64,000 nucleotides of DNA from the NCBI RefSeq assembly GCF_000143415.4, contig NW_003314275.1, positions 2,523,419-2,587,418 on the forward strand, given 5' to 3'. Every line of letters begins with the position of its first letter. Position 1 is the first letter of the stretch. This document shows positions 37,459 to 47,329 of the stretch, piece after piece. Under the pieces are notes generated by a model. It had not been told where the DNA came from. It saw only the letters and a program-made list of their open reading frames with translations, and searched no databases. The DNA comes from Selaginella moellendorffii (Eukaryota > Plantae > Lycopodiophyta). Made by a program: the position numbers and the translations under genes.

Positions 37459-39004
37459 TTAAAACAGTCCAATTCTCGGCGATCCGTAATGTTTCTGGCT
37501 CCTGATGAGTTCTTGAGTTCGTTCCATGATCTGCAAGAAAAATGTTCTTGTGAGTTCCTGAGACAATGAAAGAGAAAACCAAGATTAATGCAGTTAACTT
37601 GCCTTCACAGCGATTATTGACGGAGTAAGTTCACATATGTCCTTGGCATTCATCTCATTCGCAATCACTGCATGCAAAGGATGTGAGCGATAAGAAAACC
37701 ATCTTTGTTAGAAAACTTACTCTTTAGGCACACGGAAACGTCAGCGTTCTTGTAAGCCATGCCTCTCTCCTCGTAAAGCTTTGTTAATCGAGCTAACGTC
37801 TGCAAATAACAATGACCAGAAAATTAAAATATAAGACAAAAGATAAGAATGCTTTCAAGCTATACCTGTTCATGAGCAAACTCTCGCTGCGGCTCTCCCA
37901 GAAGTGGTCTCTTCTCCGTCCCAGCAGCCACAACACGCTTGGCTAATGCGTCCAATGGAACATCCAGATAGACAGTGATCCCATGTCTCATATAACCCCT
38001 GACAACGACACCACAAGGCGTTCTTATCCTCTTCTCTCGATTATAGAGAGAAAACGACTATCTTATCTTACCAGTTTTGTGGTCTCACCACAGCACCTCC
38101 TCCTGTCGCTACTACCAATCGATACATCCCAGATAATTGGCTTAAAACCTCACTCTACATTATCCACAAAACAATAGAAAAAACATCAGACACTGAAGAT
38201 AGACACGTTTCAAGGCCACAAGACAGTGGGGATCACTCACCTCAGCATCGCGAAAGCCTTCCTCGTTGCTTTGCTTGAAGATCTGAGCTACACTGGCGCC
38301 GCCGGCGGCCTGCTCAACAAGCTTGTCACTGTTTCTCCACGAAGAAAGTCCATCAAGTGGTGCGACGAAGCAAATCGAAAGAAAAAAACGAGATACACCA
38401 ACCTGTCAAAGAAGTAGTACCCGAGCGCGTCCGACAAGTGCTTTCCCACAGTACTCTTTCCACTGCCCATCATCCCTGTGGACGAGAAAACGAAGTTGTG
38501 TTAAAGAAAAAGAGAAAGAGAAAGGAGAACGAGAGAGAAAAGCGAAGTGGTACCAATTAGAAACAGGCACGTCCCTTTGAGGTCCCTGGCCAATTCCTTG
38601 CCTTTGCTCTGAGAATGTATGGTCGTCCACTTAGCATTAAGAGGAAAAGAAGAACACAAAAGGAACCTATGGATCGCACCTTTAGAGCTGTATCGACGCT
38701 GGTGGATTCTGTGGCTGCGAGAGAGAAATCGATCAGACGAAAAAAACGTGTTCTCGAAATTCGAGAGAAATTCTCGGCACATACCAGCTACATTCGCGTT
38801 CTGCGAGCACAGCAGCACCACCGGGCGCCTGGCGCGATGATGAATCTGCGACGGATTCCTGCAAGAGACGAGATTGATGCGCGATTGCCTCCCAAAATGC
38901 AGCTCCTCACGAGAGAATCCCAGCCTCCGGAATCCATCGCCGCCGCGGAGCTCCACGAAATTCGAGGACGATGTCCCTGCCGAAGGCGCCAAGACGCAAT
39001 CCAT
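37459..39004 (-). CDS. SK: Shikimate kinase, plastid (paralogue 1, multi-exon)
   Basis: Transit peptide MDCVLAPS...; LKGTCLFLIGMMGSGKSTVG, DKLVEQAAGG, VVATGGGAVV, YLDVPLDALAKR, RPLL, LYEERGMAYKNAD; last intron GC-AG. Confidence 0.93.
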
Positions 39005-39258
39005 GGCGCACGATCGATCGAATGCCCACAATTTCTTGAGCTAGGGTTGGGCTTTTATCTGCTGCACAACCACAGCCGTTCGATGTGACCAGCCCAACGG
39101 CGGCGATTCAACGCGATCATACGAGTCAACAAGCTTACATTTTTGAATGGTAGGCCGCCGGCGCTTCTGGACTTGACAGCCGTTAGATTTGGATTTGGGA
39201 AGGGCAAGGCGGGGTATATTCCGTCCACGTCTTAGGGCTAACGAGGCAAAAGAAAAAA
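39005..39258. promoter_or_regulatory. Putative bidirectional promoter SK(-)/HslU(+)
   Basis: Only ~254 bp between divergent ATGs; contains AACGGC motifs and telo-box-like TAGGG elements. Confidence 0.55.
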
Positions 39259-41720
39259 ATGAGCTGGTGCGCTCGAGCTAGGGCGCCGGGCGGGCGCGCT
39301 CTCCTTTTGTCCTCGAGATTTCGCCGCTTCTACGCGTAAGTCCCTCCACATCCTTCTCGGGGCTGGAATTTCTCGTGTTTTTGCGCTAGAATGCTTGAAT
39401 TTTCGAGATTTTTTTGCCTATGTAGCAATGCTCTCGAGGCTGGCTGGAGCTTGAAATGCCTCATTTTTGCTACTGATTTATTCCTTTCTCGTTCCTTTCA
39501 GCTCTGCGACAGCGCAGCCATCTGAAACAATCGATGATTTATCGCCGCAGCCTTCAGCTAGACCACCATGTAAGCTGGCAATTTTCTACTCTTCTTGCGT
39601 TTGAATTTTGTAAAAAAAATTTTCTTGTTTCTTTTTTGTTCGTGCAGCAGACGATCTCTTGTCGGCTGAGGCACTCACTCCCGCGAAAGTCGTAGCTTTG
39701 TTGGATCGTCACATCGTCGGCCAAACCGGAGCCAAGCGTGCGGTTGCAGTGGCATTGCGTACGCGCTCGTCAGCCTTTGCTGCTGCCTGTTATCTGACTC
39801 CATAGGTGGTGCACTAGAATTTTCTCTTTCTTTTTTTTTCACTTCTTCTTTCATGCCTTCTTTTAGAAACTTGGTTGCTTTTTGCGTGTAAGTTTCTAGA
39901 TTCTGTTGTACTGAAGTTCTTGAGCCGTCTGCACGCAGGAAATCGATGGCGGCGACACCGTATTCCTTCTCAATATCGAGAGGAGATTCTTCCCAAAAAT
40001 ATACTTATGATCGGACCAACTGGTTGCGGGAAAACGGAAATTGCGAGACGGTTGGCTAAAATGGCGGATGCTCCGTTTATAAAAGTGAGGAAGTGTTTTT
40101 ATTCTTCGTTTGTTTTTAACTCATATTTTCTAACAGGTGGAAGCTACGAAATTTACAGAAGTTGGATTTCATGGCCGAGATGTGGACCAGATCATTCGGG
40201 ACCTTGTTGAGAATGCTATATTACTGCAACGAGAAAAGGTGTTTTAAAACTCAACAAAGCGAGTTTTTTCAACTCTCTTCTTTCAGGTGCGAACCAGAAT
40301 TTCAAAAGAGGTGGAGGAAGCTGTTGAGAACAGGATCCTGGACGCGTTGATCGGTTTGACCCTCGCTATTGAGGTTTTTGTTTTTGCGGCTTTTTGGTCT
40401 GTCTGTGGCTGAACATGTTTTAGCAGGAGGACAATGTGGATACGAGTTCATTGGAGACACTACGCAAGGCTTATAAGAAAGGGGAAATTGATAACCGCAA
40501 GCTAGTGCTGGACGTTCCCGAGGGAGGAAGAGTGCGCGTCCCTATTGAAGTCACAGGAGGTGGTCTTCCTATAAACGATCTTATTTTCAAGGTACTACGC
40601 CTCTGCATGAAAGGAATTGGTATTGACGTCTCGATTTCCTCTAGATAGAGAAAGCTTTGAAATCCCCGAAAGTCGAACGCCGTGAAGTAACTGTCGCCGA
40701 GGCCAGACAAATGCTCTCGGAAATGGAAGTCGAAAAACACCTTCAGTCCGATCAGATCATCAAAGATGCAATACGTGTACACGCTAGTGTTTTTGGTCTC
40801 GTTTCCCTGGATGTTAATGGCTTCCACTTGCAGGCAACGGAGTCTGACGGCATTGTATTTATAGACGAGATCGACAAAATCGTTACAACTAGCGAAGCCA
40901 GATTTGGAGCGGATGCAAGTGCGGAAGGTGTACAGCGGGACTTGCTTCCTATTATCGAAGGCAGGTAAATTATTACCACGTTGGTTTTCCTTCCGTGCTA
41001 AGCTGGTCCTCCTTTCAGCGTTGTAAACACGAGACACGGGAATGTGAACACCGATCACATTCTTTTCATTTGCAGTGGCGCCTTTCACTCTTGTAAGCCA
41101 AGTGACATGCTTGCTGAGCTACAAGGACGTCTGCCTATCCGTGTTGAACTGAAAGGTCTCACTCGCACGGTAAGTCGCGCTGGAAGTGTTGCAGCATCTC
41201 TACCATGCTAACAGCCATTCTTTCCAGGATTTGTACCGTATTCTAACCGAGCCTGAAATAAATATGATCAAGCAACAACAGCTTCTTATGGCTACCGAAA
41301 GTGTGGAGCTTGTTTTCTCCGACGACGCCATAAAGGAACTAGCCAATGTTGCGGCTGAGGCAAGTGTTCTTGTGGGGATTTCTTAGCTTACTCATTGCTG
41401 AAAAATAAAACACGTTACAGGTGAATACTTCTTTGGACAACATTGGTGCTCGGAGACTTCACACGGTAACGCATTTTCTTCCTCAATAGCGAAATGTTCC
41501 CACTGGTTTTGTTTGATCCAGGTAATTGAGAAGGTAGTAGAAGATATTAGCTTCAATGCTCCAGAAAGAGCTGGGCAAGCTTATCACATTGACAAGCAAG
41601 TAAGTTTCATCGATCGCTTGACGAATTCATGGTTCTATTTGTTTCTTTCTTTCGCAGAAAGTAAGAGATGCTGTTGGAGAGCTCTTGAAGAAAACCGACT
41701 TATCAAAGTTTGTTCTCTAA
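39259..41720 (+). CDS. hslU: HslU/ClpY AAA+ ATPase subunit of the HslUV protease, with organellar presequence (multi-exon)
   Basis: [139 protein letters not shown]-terminus DLSKFVL-stop. Confidence 0.95.
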
Positions 41721-42290
41721 AGAGCACTCGCCCAGGTAACTGGCCACAGCCTCAACAGGAAGATTGGGCCCGGGCACAAGAAGCTCAAGGATCGCGCCAT
41801 CCCTCGGTTGAAACCCATCTTCAGCTGAAAACCACTTGGCATCTCAGCATCCCAAAGAGGACATGATGAATCAGCTTGGTGGCGGCGGTATTGAAACCAT
41901 GCTGAGGCGCAAAAGTGTAGAATCCCGGTTGATCAACGCAAAAACCTTCACACAAAAAACAAGAAAACAAAGAAAAGAAGAGGAGTTGATCCTGAAACCA
42001 TCGTCTGGAAAACTTTCTTCGATTTGGATTTGGATATTTGCACGGAGATCTCCCTGAAGAAAATTTTGTCCAGCAACCAGAGGGTTACCAGAAGCAGCCT
42101 GGAATGGTTTGTCCCCTGAAGGCTCAAACAATCTCCTAAGGTTTCTCAGCTTCATTGGATTTTCCAGAAACGCTGCTGATCAAAATGTATACCAGTATGA
42201 AAAGATGATGGTCCTTATTGCTTTATATATTGATGATTTGATCCTGGTCACAAAATGTCTTGCTTTTCTACAAATGATCTAAGAGTAGAT

Positions 42291-42418
42291 TGATCTCGGC
42301 AATATTAAGTTCTGTCTTGGTCTTAATACTGGGACAATTCATTGCTCACTCACAGTGCTGTGAGGGATGAATTGTCCCAATATTAAGACCAAGACAAAAC
42401 TTAATATTGCCGAGATCA
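42291..42418. repeat. Fold-back inverted repeat, ~52-bp arms
   Basis: tgatctcggcaatattaagttctgtcttggtcttaatactgggacaattcat pairs with atgaattgtcccaatattaagaccaagacaaaacttaatattgccgagatca (2 transitions); inner ctcacag/ctgtgag pair. Confidence 0.95.
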
Positions 42419-42831
42419 TCTGCTCAGCGCTATGAGGAAGGAATTCTGAAACGGTTTAATATGCATGACTGTATTCCAGTTTCCACTCCCATGGAACTTA
42501 ATCTTCAGCTTTGCTCATCTCAGTCTCCGACCACTGAAGCTGAGCGCACATCCATAAGAGTATTTGGTATCGTGCACCAGTTGGAAGCCTTATTATCTGG
42601 TTATCTGTACCCGCCTTGGCGCTTAAATACTCTCCGTGTCCCAGATGAGTAATTCCAATTGCGAGGTTCTGATTGAGCCGGTGACAATGATACAAGAAAA
42701 TCCACATCTGATGCCTCAACTTTAATATGGAGGAGCAGGAAACAAAGCATCACAGCTCTGTCTTCTGCCGGCGTGCAAGGAAGCTGTCTGGCTTAGCTTG
42801 TTGCTCATAGAGATTGGACATTTTCCTCTCT

Positions 42832-43039
42832 AGCCAACGATGCTATTTTGTGACAACATCAACACTATTGCTCTTTCAGCTACATCTAAGTTTCATGACC
42901 GAACCAAGCACATCCAGCTCCATTATCTCCGGGTGTTATTCTCCTCCAATTCTGTTCGACCACTGAGCACCGGTCATGAATTTGGATGTAGCTGAAAGAG
43001 CAATAGCGCTAATATTGTCACAAAGTAGCATCGTTGGCT
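42832..43039. repeat. Fold-back inverted repeat, ~70-bp arms (outer extension to ~42785/43070)
   Basis: agccaacgatgcta...ttcatgaccg pairs with cggtcatgaa...tagcatcgttggct; tgtctggcttag (42785) pairs with ctaagccagaca (~43059-43070). Confidence 0.93.
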
Positions 43040-43117
43040 GTTGGCTGGAGTCCACAATCTAAGCCAGACAATAGACTGATGAGCCATGCCAATGAGTAGG
43101 CCTTGACCTAACTAACT

Positions 43118-43310
43118 TTCTTGTGACAATTCTCTAGCTTGCTTACTCAAATTAAAAACACTTACAGGTAAATACGCCTTTGGATAGCATTGATTTGCTT
43201 GATCTAGTGGAAAATATTAGTTTCAATGCTCCAGAGAGAGATTATCACATTGACAAGCAAGCAAAGAAAAAAAAAGCGATTGTAGAGCTCTTGGGTTTAT
43301 CGAAGTTAAA
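43118..43310 (+). pseudogene. Degenerate partial duplicate of the HslU 3' end
   Basis: ttacaggtaaatacgcctttgga, atattagtttcaatgctccagagagag, ttatcacattgacaagcaag, gagctcttg match 41415-41710 with internal deletions; ORF 43180 reads [17 protein letters not shown]. Confidence 0.9.
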
Positions 43311-43499
43311 AATTAAACTTGTGGCTTCCACTGCGCCACGTCGGAAAACGCCATCCTTTTGCAATTGGTCCATGTCAGCAAGATACTCAAGCAGTGATTG
43401 GTACACGTCAGCAGCCCTAAATACCTATCGGGATTTCATCACTCTTGTGGAGCTCTTCGAGAAACAAGAGCTACATTTTCTCGACGAAGCGCGGGCGCG

Positions 43500-45032
43500 A
43501 TGGCGGCAGCAATGTCGGCGGCGAGCGTCGGTAATGTAAAGGTGGGAGGATTTCTTGGCAGCTCCAGGGGATTCCAGGCGAATCGGGGCCGAAATATCGT
43601 GTTCTCCAGGAAGATCATGGCCAGCGCCACGAAAGAGGCCCCAAGAAAGGGCGCCAAGGAGGCGATGAAGGATACACTGCTGACGCCGCGCTTCTACACC
43701 ACGGATTTCGACGAGATGGAGCAGCTCTTCAATACCGAGATCAACAAGAAGCTCAACATGGAGGAGTTCGAGGCGCTGGTGGCGGAATTCAAGGCCGACT
43801 ATAACCAGACGCACTTCGTGAGAAATCCCGAGTTTAAGGCCGCCGCGGACAAGATCACGGGGCCGATGAGGAAGATCTTCGTGGAGTTCTTGGAGAGGTC
43901 GTGCACGGCCGAGTCTCAGGGTTTTTGCTCTACAAGGAGCTGGGAAGAAGGCTCAAGGTACTTTTTTTTCTTCTCTTCTCTCCTCTTTACTACACTTCTT
44001 TTCTTTCTGCTCTTCTCTTTCTTGCAGAAAACAAATCCCGTGGTTGCGGAGATTTTTACGTTGATGTCACGGGATGAAGCACGGCATGCAGGGTAAGTTC
44101 TCAGTTACTCAGCTGGAAAAAAAGCATCGATCATTTCCTATNNNNNNNNNNNNNNNNNNNNNNNNNNNNNNNNNNNNNNNNNNNNNNNNNNNNNNNNNNN
44201 NNNNNNNNNNNNNNNNNNNNNNNNNNNNNNNNNNNNNNNNNCGACTTTAACTTGGCTCTGGATCTTGGATTTCTGACCAAAGCCCGGAAGTACACCTTCT
44301 TCAAGCCACAGTTCATCTTCTACGCGACGTATCTCTCGGAGAAGATCGGCTACTGGAGGTACATTACTATCTACAGGCACTTGAAGGCCAATCCGGACTA
44401 CCAGCTTTACCCGATTTTCAAATACTTTGAGAACTGGTGCCAAGACGAGAACAGGCACGGCGACTTCTTCTCGGCGTTGCTGAAAGCCCAGCCTCAGTTC
44501 TTGAACGACTGGAAGGCCAAACTCTGGGCTCGCTTCTTCTGTCTCTCGGTAAAGCAAACCTTTGGCTCTTCTTGGAATTTTTAGATGCTCATGCTTCCGC
44601 TCTTGCTCTTCCAGGTGTACGTGACAATGTACCTAAATGACTGCCAAAGAACTGCCTTTTACGAAGGAATAGGCCTCGACACTAAAGATTTCGACATGCA
44701 TGTCATCATCGAGGTATTTTAAAGTGAGATGAGAATAGGAACTCACGATCGTTTGTTTTCTCTGACAGACAAACAAGACAACAGCACGAATCTTTCCGGC
44801 CGTGTTGGATGTGGAGAACCCCGCGTTCAAGGAGAAGCTGGATGAGCTAGTGGTGCTCAACCAGAAACTTATAGCTCTCGGTGACTCTACCACTCCAGCT
44901 CCTCTGAAGACGCTGCAGAGGCTACCTTTGATTGCCGGAATGGTGTCTGGAATACTGAGCTTGTACCTGATGACTCCAGTCGAGTCTGGGTCGCTTGATT
45001 GTGTCGATTTTGAGCCGCAAGTTGTCTATTAA
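43500..45032 (+). CDS. CRD1: Mg-protoporphyrin IX monomethyl ester cyclase (CRD1/CHL27/AcsF); apparent 1-nt frameshift and N gap
   Basis: Transit peptide; [65 protein letters not shown]. One base is missing at ~43914 relative to [12 protein letters not shown]. Ns at 44142-44241. Confidence 0.95.
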
Positions 45033-45337
45033 CAAGGTTATTTTTCTTCTTACTGTGGAATTAGATAACTGTAATTTTTATATAGTATAAACTTAAATAT
45101 TATTTGCATTCATCACCATGCTCGATGTTCTTATCATCGCTTTCGTCCCAAAACCAGCGGGAAGTTTTTTGGGAGCTTGAGGAGTTAATGAAGGCTACGA
45201 AGACACCTCAAGTCGAGGATCGACAGCAAGTAAGTCCAAGGTTGATAAAAACATTCACGTTATGATCCCGATGCAGCGGCTTAGAACTCTCAAATACCTT
45301 CAAAAATTCTCAAGGTGAGCTAGGCAGAGATAAAGTC

Positions 45338-45455
45338 ATGCGACTTTGAAGAGTATGAGACACTATTGCAATTGCATGCGACTTTGAAGAGTATGAGTCG
45401 ACTGATACTCTTCAAAATCGACTTTGAAGAGTATGAGACACTATTGCAATTGCAA
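45338..45455. repeat. Direct-direct-inverted-direct micro-repeat cluster
   Basis: cgactttgaagagtatgag occurs three times forward, with an inverted copy (atactcttcaaaatcg) between the second and third. Confidence 0.88.
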
Positions 45456-46653
45456 GGCGTCAGATTTGACTTTAAAAACGAGTCGAGAGGTTCTATCTAG
45501 AGAAAGGAAAAAATGCAGACTCTCGAGAAGTACCTTGGCAACGGTTTTCTCGCAGGAAGTAGCATCCATGACCAAGAACGATATGAAATCTCTCGGCCTT
45601 ACTAAACAGCAGCAAGTAAGTACGCAAGCATCAACAAAGCTTTACTTGGCCTACCGAATTCGTGATGTCGTTGCAGAAGGCCTTGGAGCTGAAAGCTTTC
45701 TTAGATGATCGCGGGCTTTTCGAGTTCTCCAGGGTGCTGCGTTTTCAAGTTCACATGTGTGAGCAATTGAAGTGCTTAGAGCTCGTTAGATATTTAAGAT
45801 CATGCTTCCTAGTTCTGCAAAGTCGTCCTCTAGTTCATTGCTGCTTTTAAAAACATGCTGCGAGTAGCTTGCGCGTGAGAGCTATGATCAAGTCAGGCTC
45901 CATCTCGGACTACCCCGCTTTGGCCATTTGGTTGCTCAACTCGTGCCTTTTCTTCACCCTGTAGTGTGTTATTTTTGGGGTTTAGATATTGCCTTGCACA
46001 TTCAAATGCTCGGCTCTGCTCTTCCACGCCACGCACTAGAGAAAACTGTTGCAATCTGAAGACTCCAGCACCGCCACAGCTCAGGGACATCTTGGATCCT
46101 GGCACTCGGGATCAGACAAGAATTTAGTGTAGATGAATGGTGGTAAAAGCGAAAATCCTTTGAAACTTACACCATCTTCGAAGTTTTTTTTCCCCGGATA
46201 ACAAATTAGACAGCCTTTTCTCATCAACAAATTTTTCGACACTAGCAAGGTCCATCCCAGATTGAAACTCTGCAAAGCCCAAATACTTACTGCCAAGAGT
46301 TTCAACATAATATCATATTATCAGTAGNNNNNNNNNNNNNNNNNNNNNNNNNNNNNNNNNNNNNNNNNNNNNNNNNNNNNNNNNNNNNNNNNNNNNNNNN
46401 NNNNNNNNNNNNNNNNNNNNNNNNNNNNNNNNNNNNNNNNNNNNNNNNNNNNNNNNNNNNNNNNNNNNNNNNNNNNNNNNNNNNNNNNNNGAGGAGTGAT
46501 AGAACCTGTAAGCGGAAAAGTATAGTTTTTCGTTCTCAGATTTTCTTTACGAGCCTGCTCCAAATCACGAATTTTTTCTTAGCGGTCAGCACCAGCATCT
46601 TTTGGTGCATTGGTTCGCCACAAACGGAGAAGAGAAAAATGTCAAAGTCACAT

Positions 46654-46775
46654 ACCTTGTAGCATGCACCACAGCCTCTGCCTTTTGAATAGGATGGGCA
46701 AGGCAAGGTGGGAAGTTCACCATAGCCACAAGCTACGCCTGAAAATGCGCCTGAAAATGCGCCTGAAAATGCGGG
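46654..46775 (-). pseudogene. Expansin-like (DPBB) exon fragment
   Basis: GVACGYG...KGRGCGACYK followed by a GT donor; the rest of an expansin is not visible (N gap at 46328-46490). 12-bp tandem repeat gcctgaaaatgc x3 at ~46737-46772. Confidence 0.5.
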
Positions 46776-47329
46776 AGACAAGAAAAGCGAAGGATTTGCT
46801 TACATACCGTAAGTTCCAATATCGCTGTGGCAAGGTCACTTTCCAAGTCTGCAGTTGCCAAAACCATTGGTCTCGTTCGAGCAGCTTCCGGATCGCCCTG
46901 GAAACTGGCACGTGTTATAATACAGGCCGTTGATTAAAGGTCTCTAAAGAATTATAAACAAAAAGAAAAATATCTACTCCCTAAAGGTTCGGTTCTTGGA
47001 TTGATGAGGTACACCAAGAAGAATGTGAGCTGCCCAGCAGCTTAGCCGATTAAGGGTTGCCCCAATGAGGTGATCACTATGTAGATGCGCATGTTGTACC
47101 ACTTGCATCATATTGACAGTAAAGTATGAACAGCAAGATCTAATGAAATTGGAGGATTCTTGGAGATTTCTTCCCTCCGCATGTTTCATGCATTACCCTT
47201 GTACAGTTAGTCTTAGGCGCATAAAAAACCCACACCCTCGAAGCTTTTGCCTTGTCTTGCCTTGCTCAGCTCTTTTTGCAAGTATCTAGTTCTAGATCTC
47301 TTCAAACTTCTACTAGTCCACATTCTACC

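Larger units (their letters stand above)
42165..43075 (+). mobile_element. Rearranged Ty1/Copia RT-RNaseH fragments
   Basis: ADQNVY, LIALYIDDLIL (YVDD), DLGNIKFCLGL, ILKRFNMHDCIPVSTPM, LFCDNINTIALS..FHDRTKHI; interrupted by two inverted duplications. Confidence 0.85.

Noticed and set aside
25688-41720. Bacterial contamination or recent HGT as the source of UvrD and HslU
   Set aside because: Both have many spliceosomal introns and presequences and sit among plant genes.
44142-44241. N runs here and at 46328-46490
   Set aside because: Assembly gaps, not biology.
45338-45455. CRISPR-like repeat array
   Set aside because: No unique spacers, one inverted copy, eukaryotic context and no cas genes.
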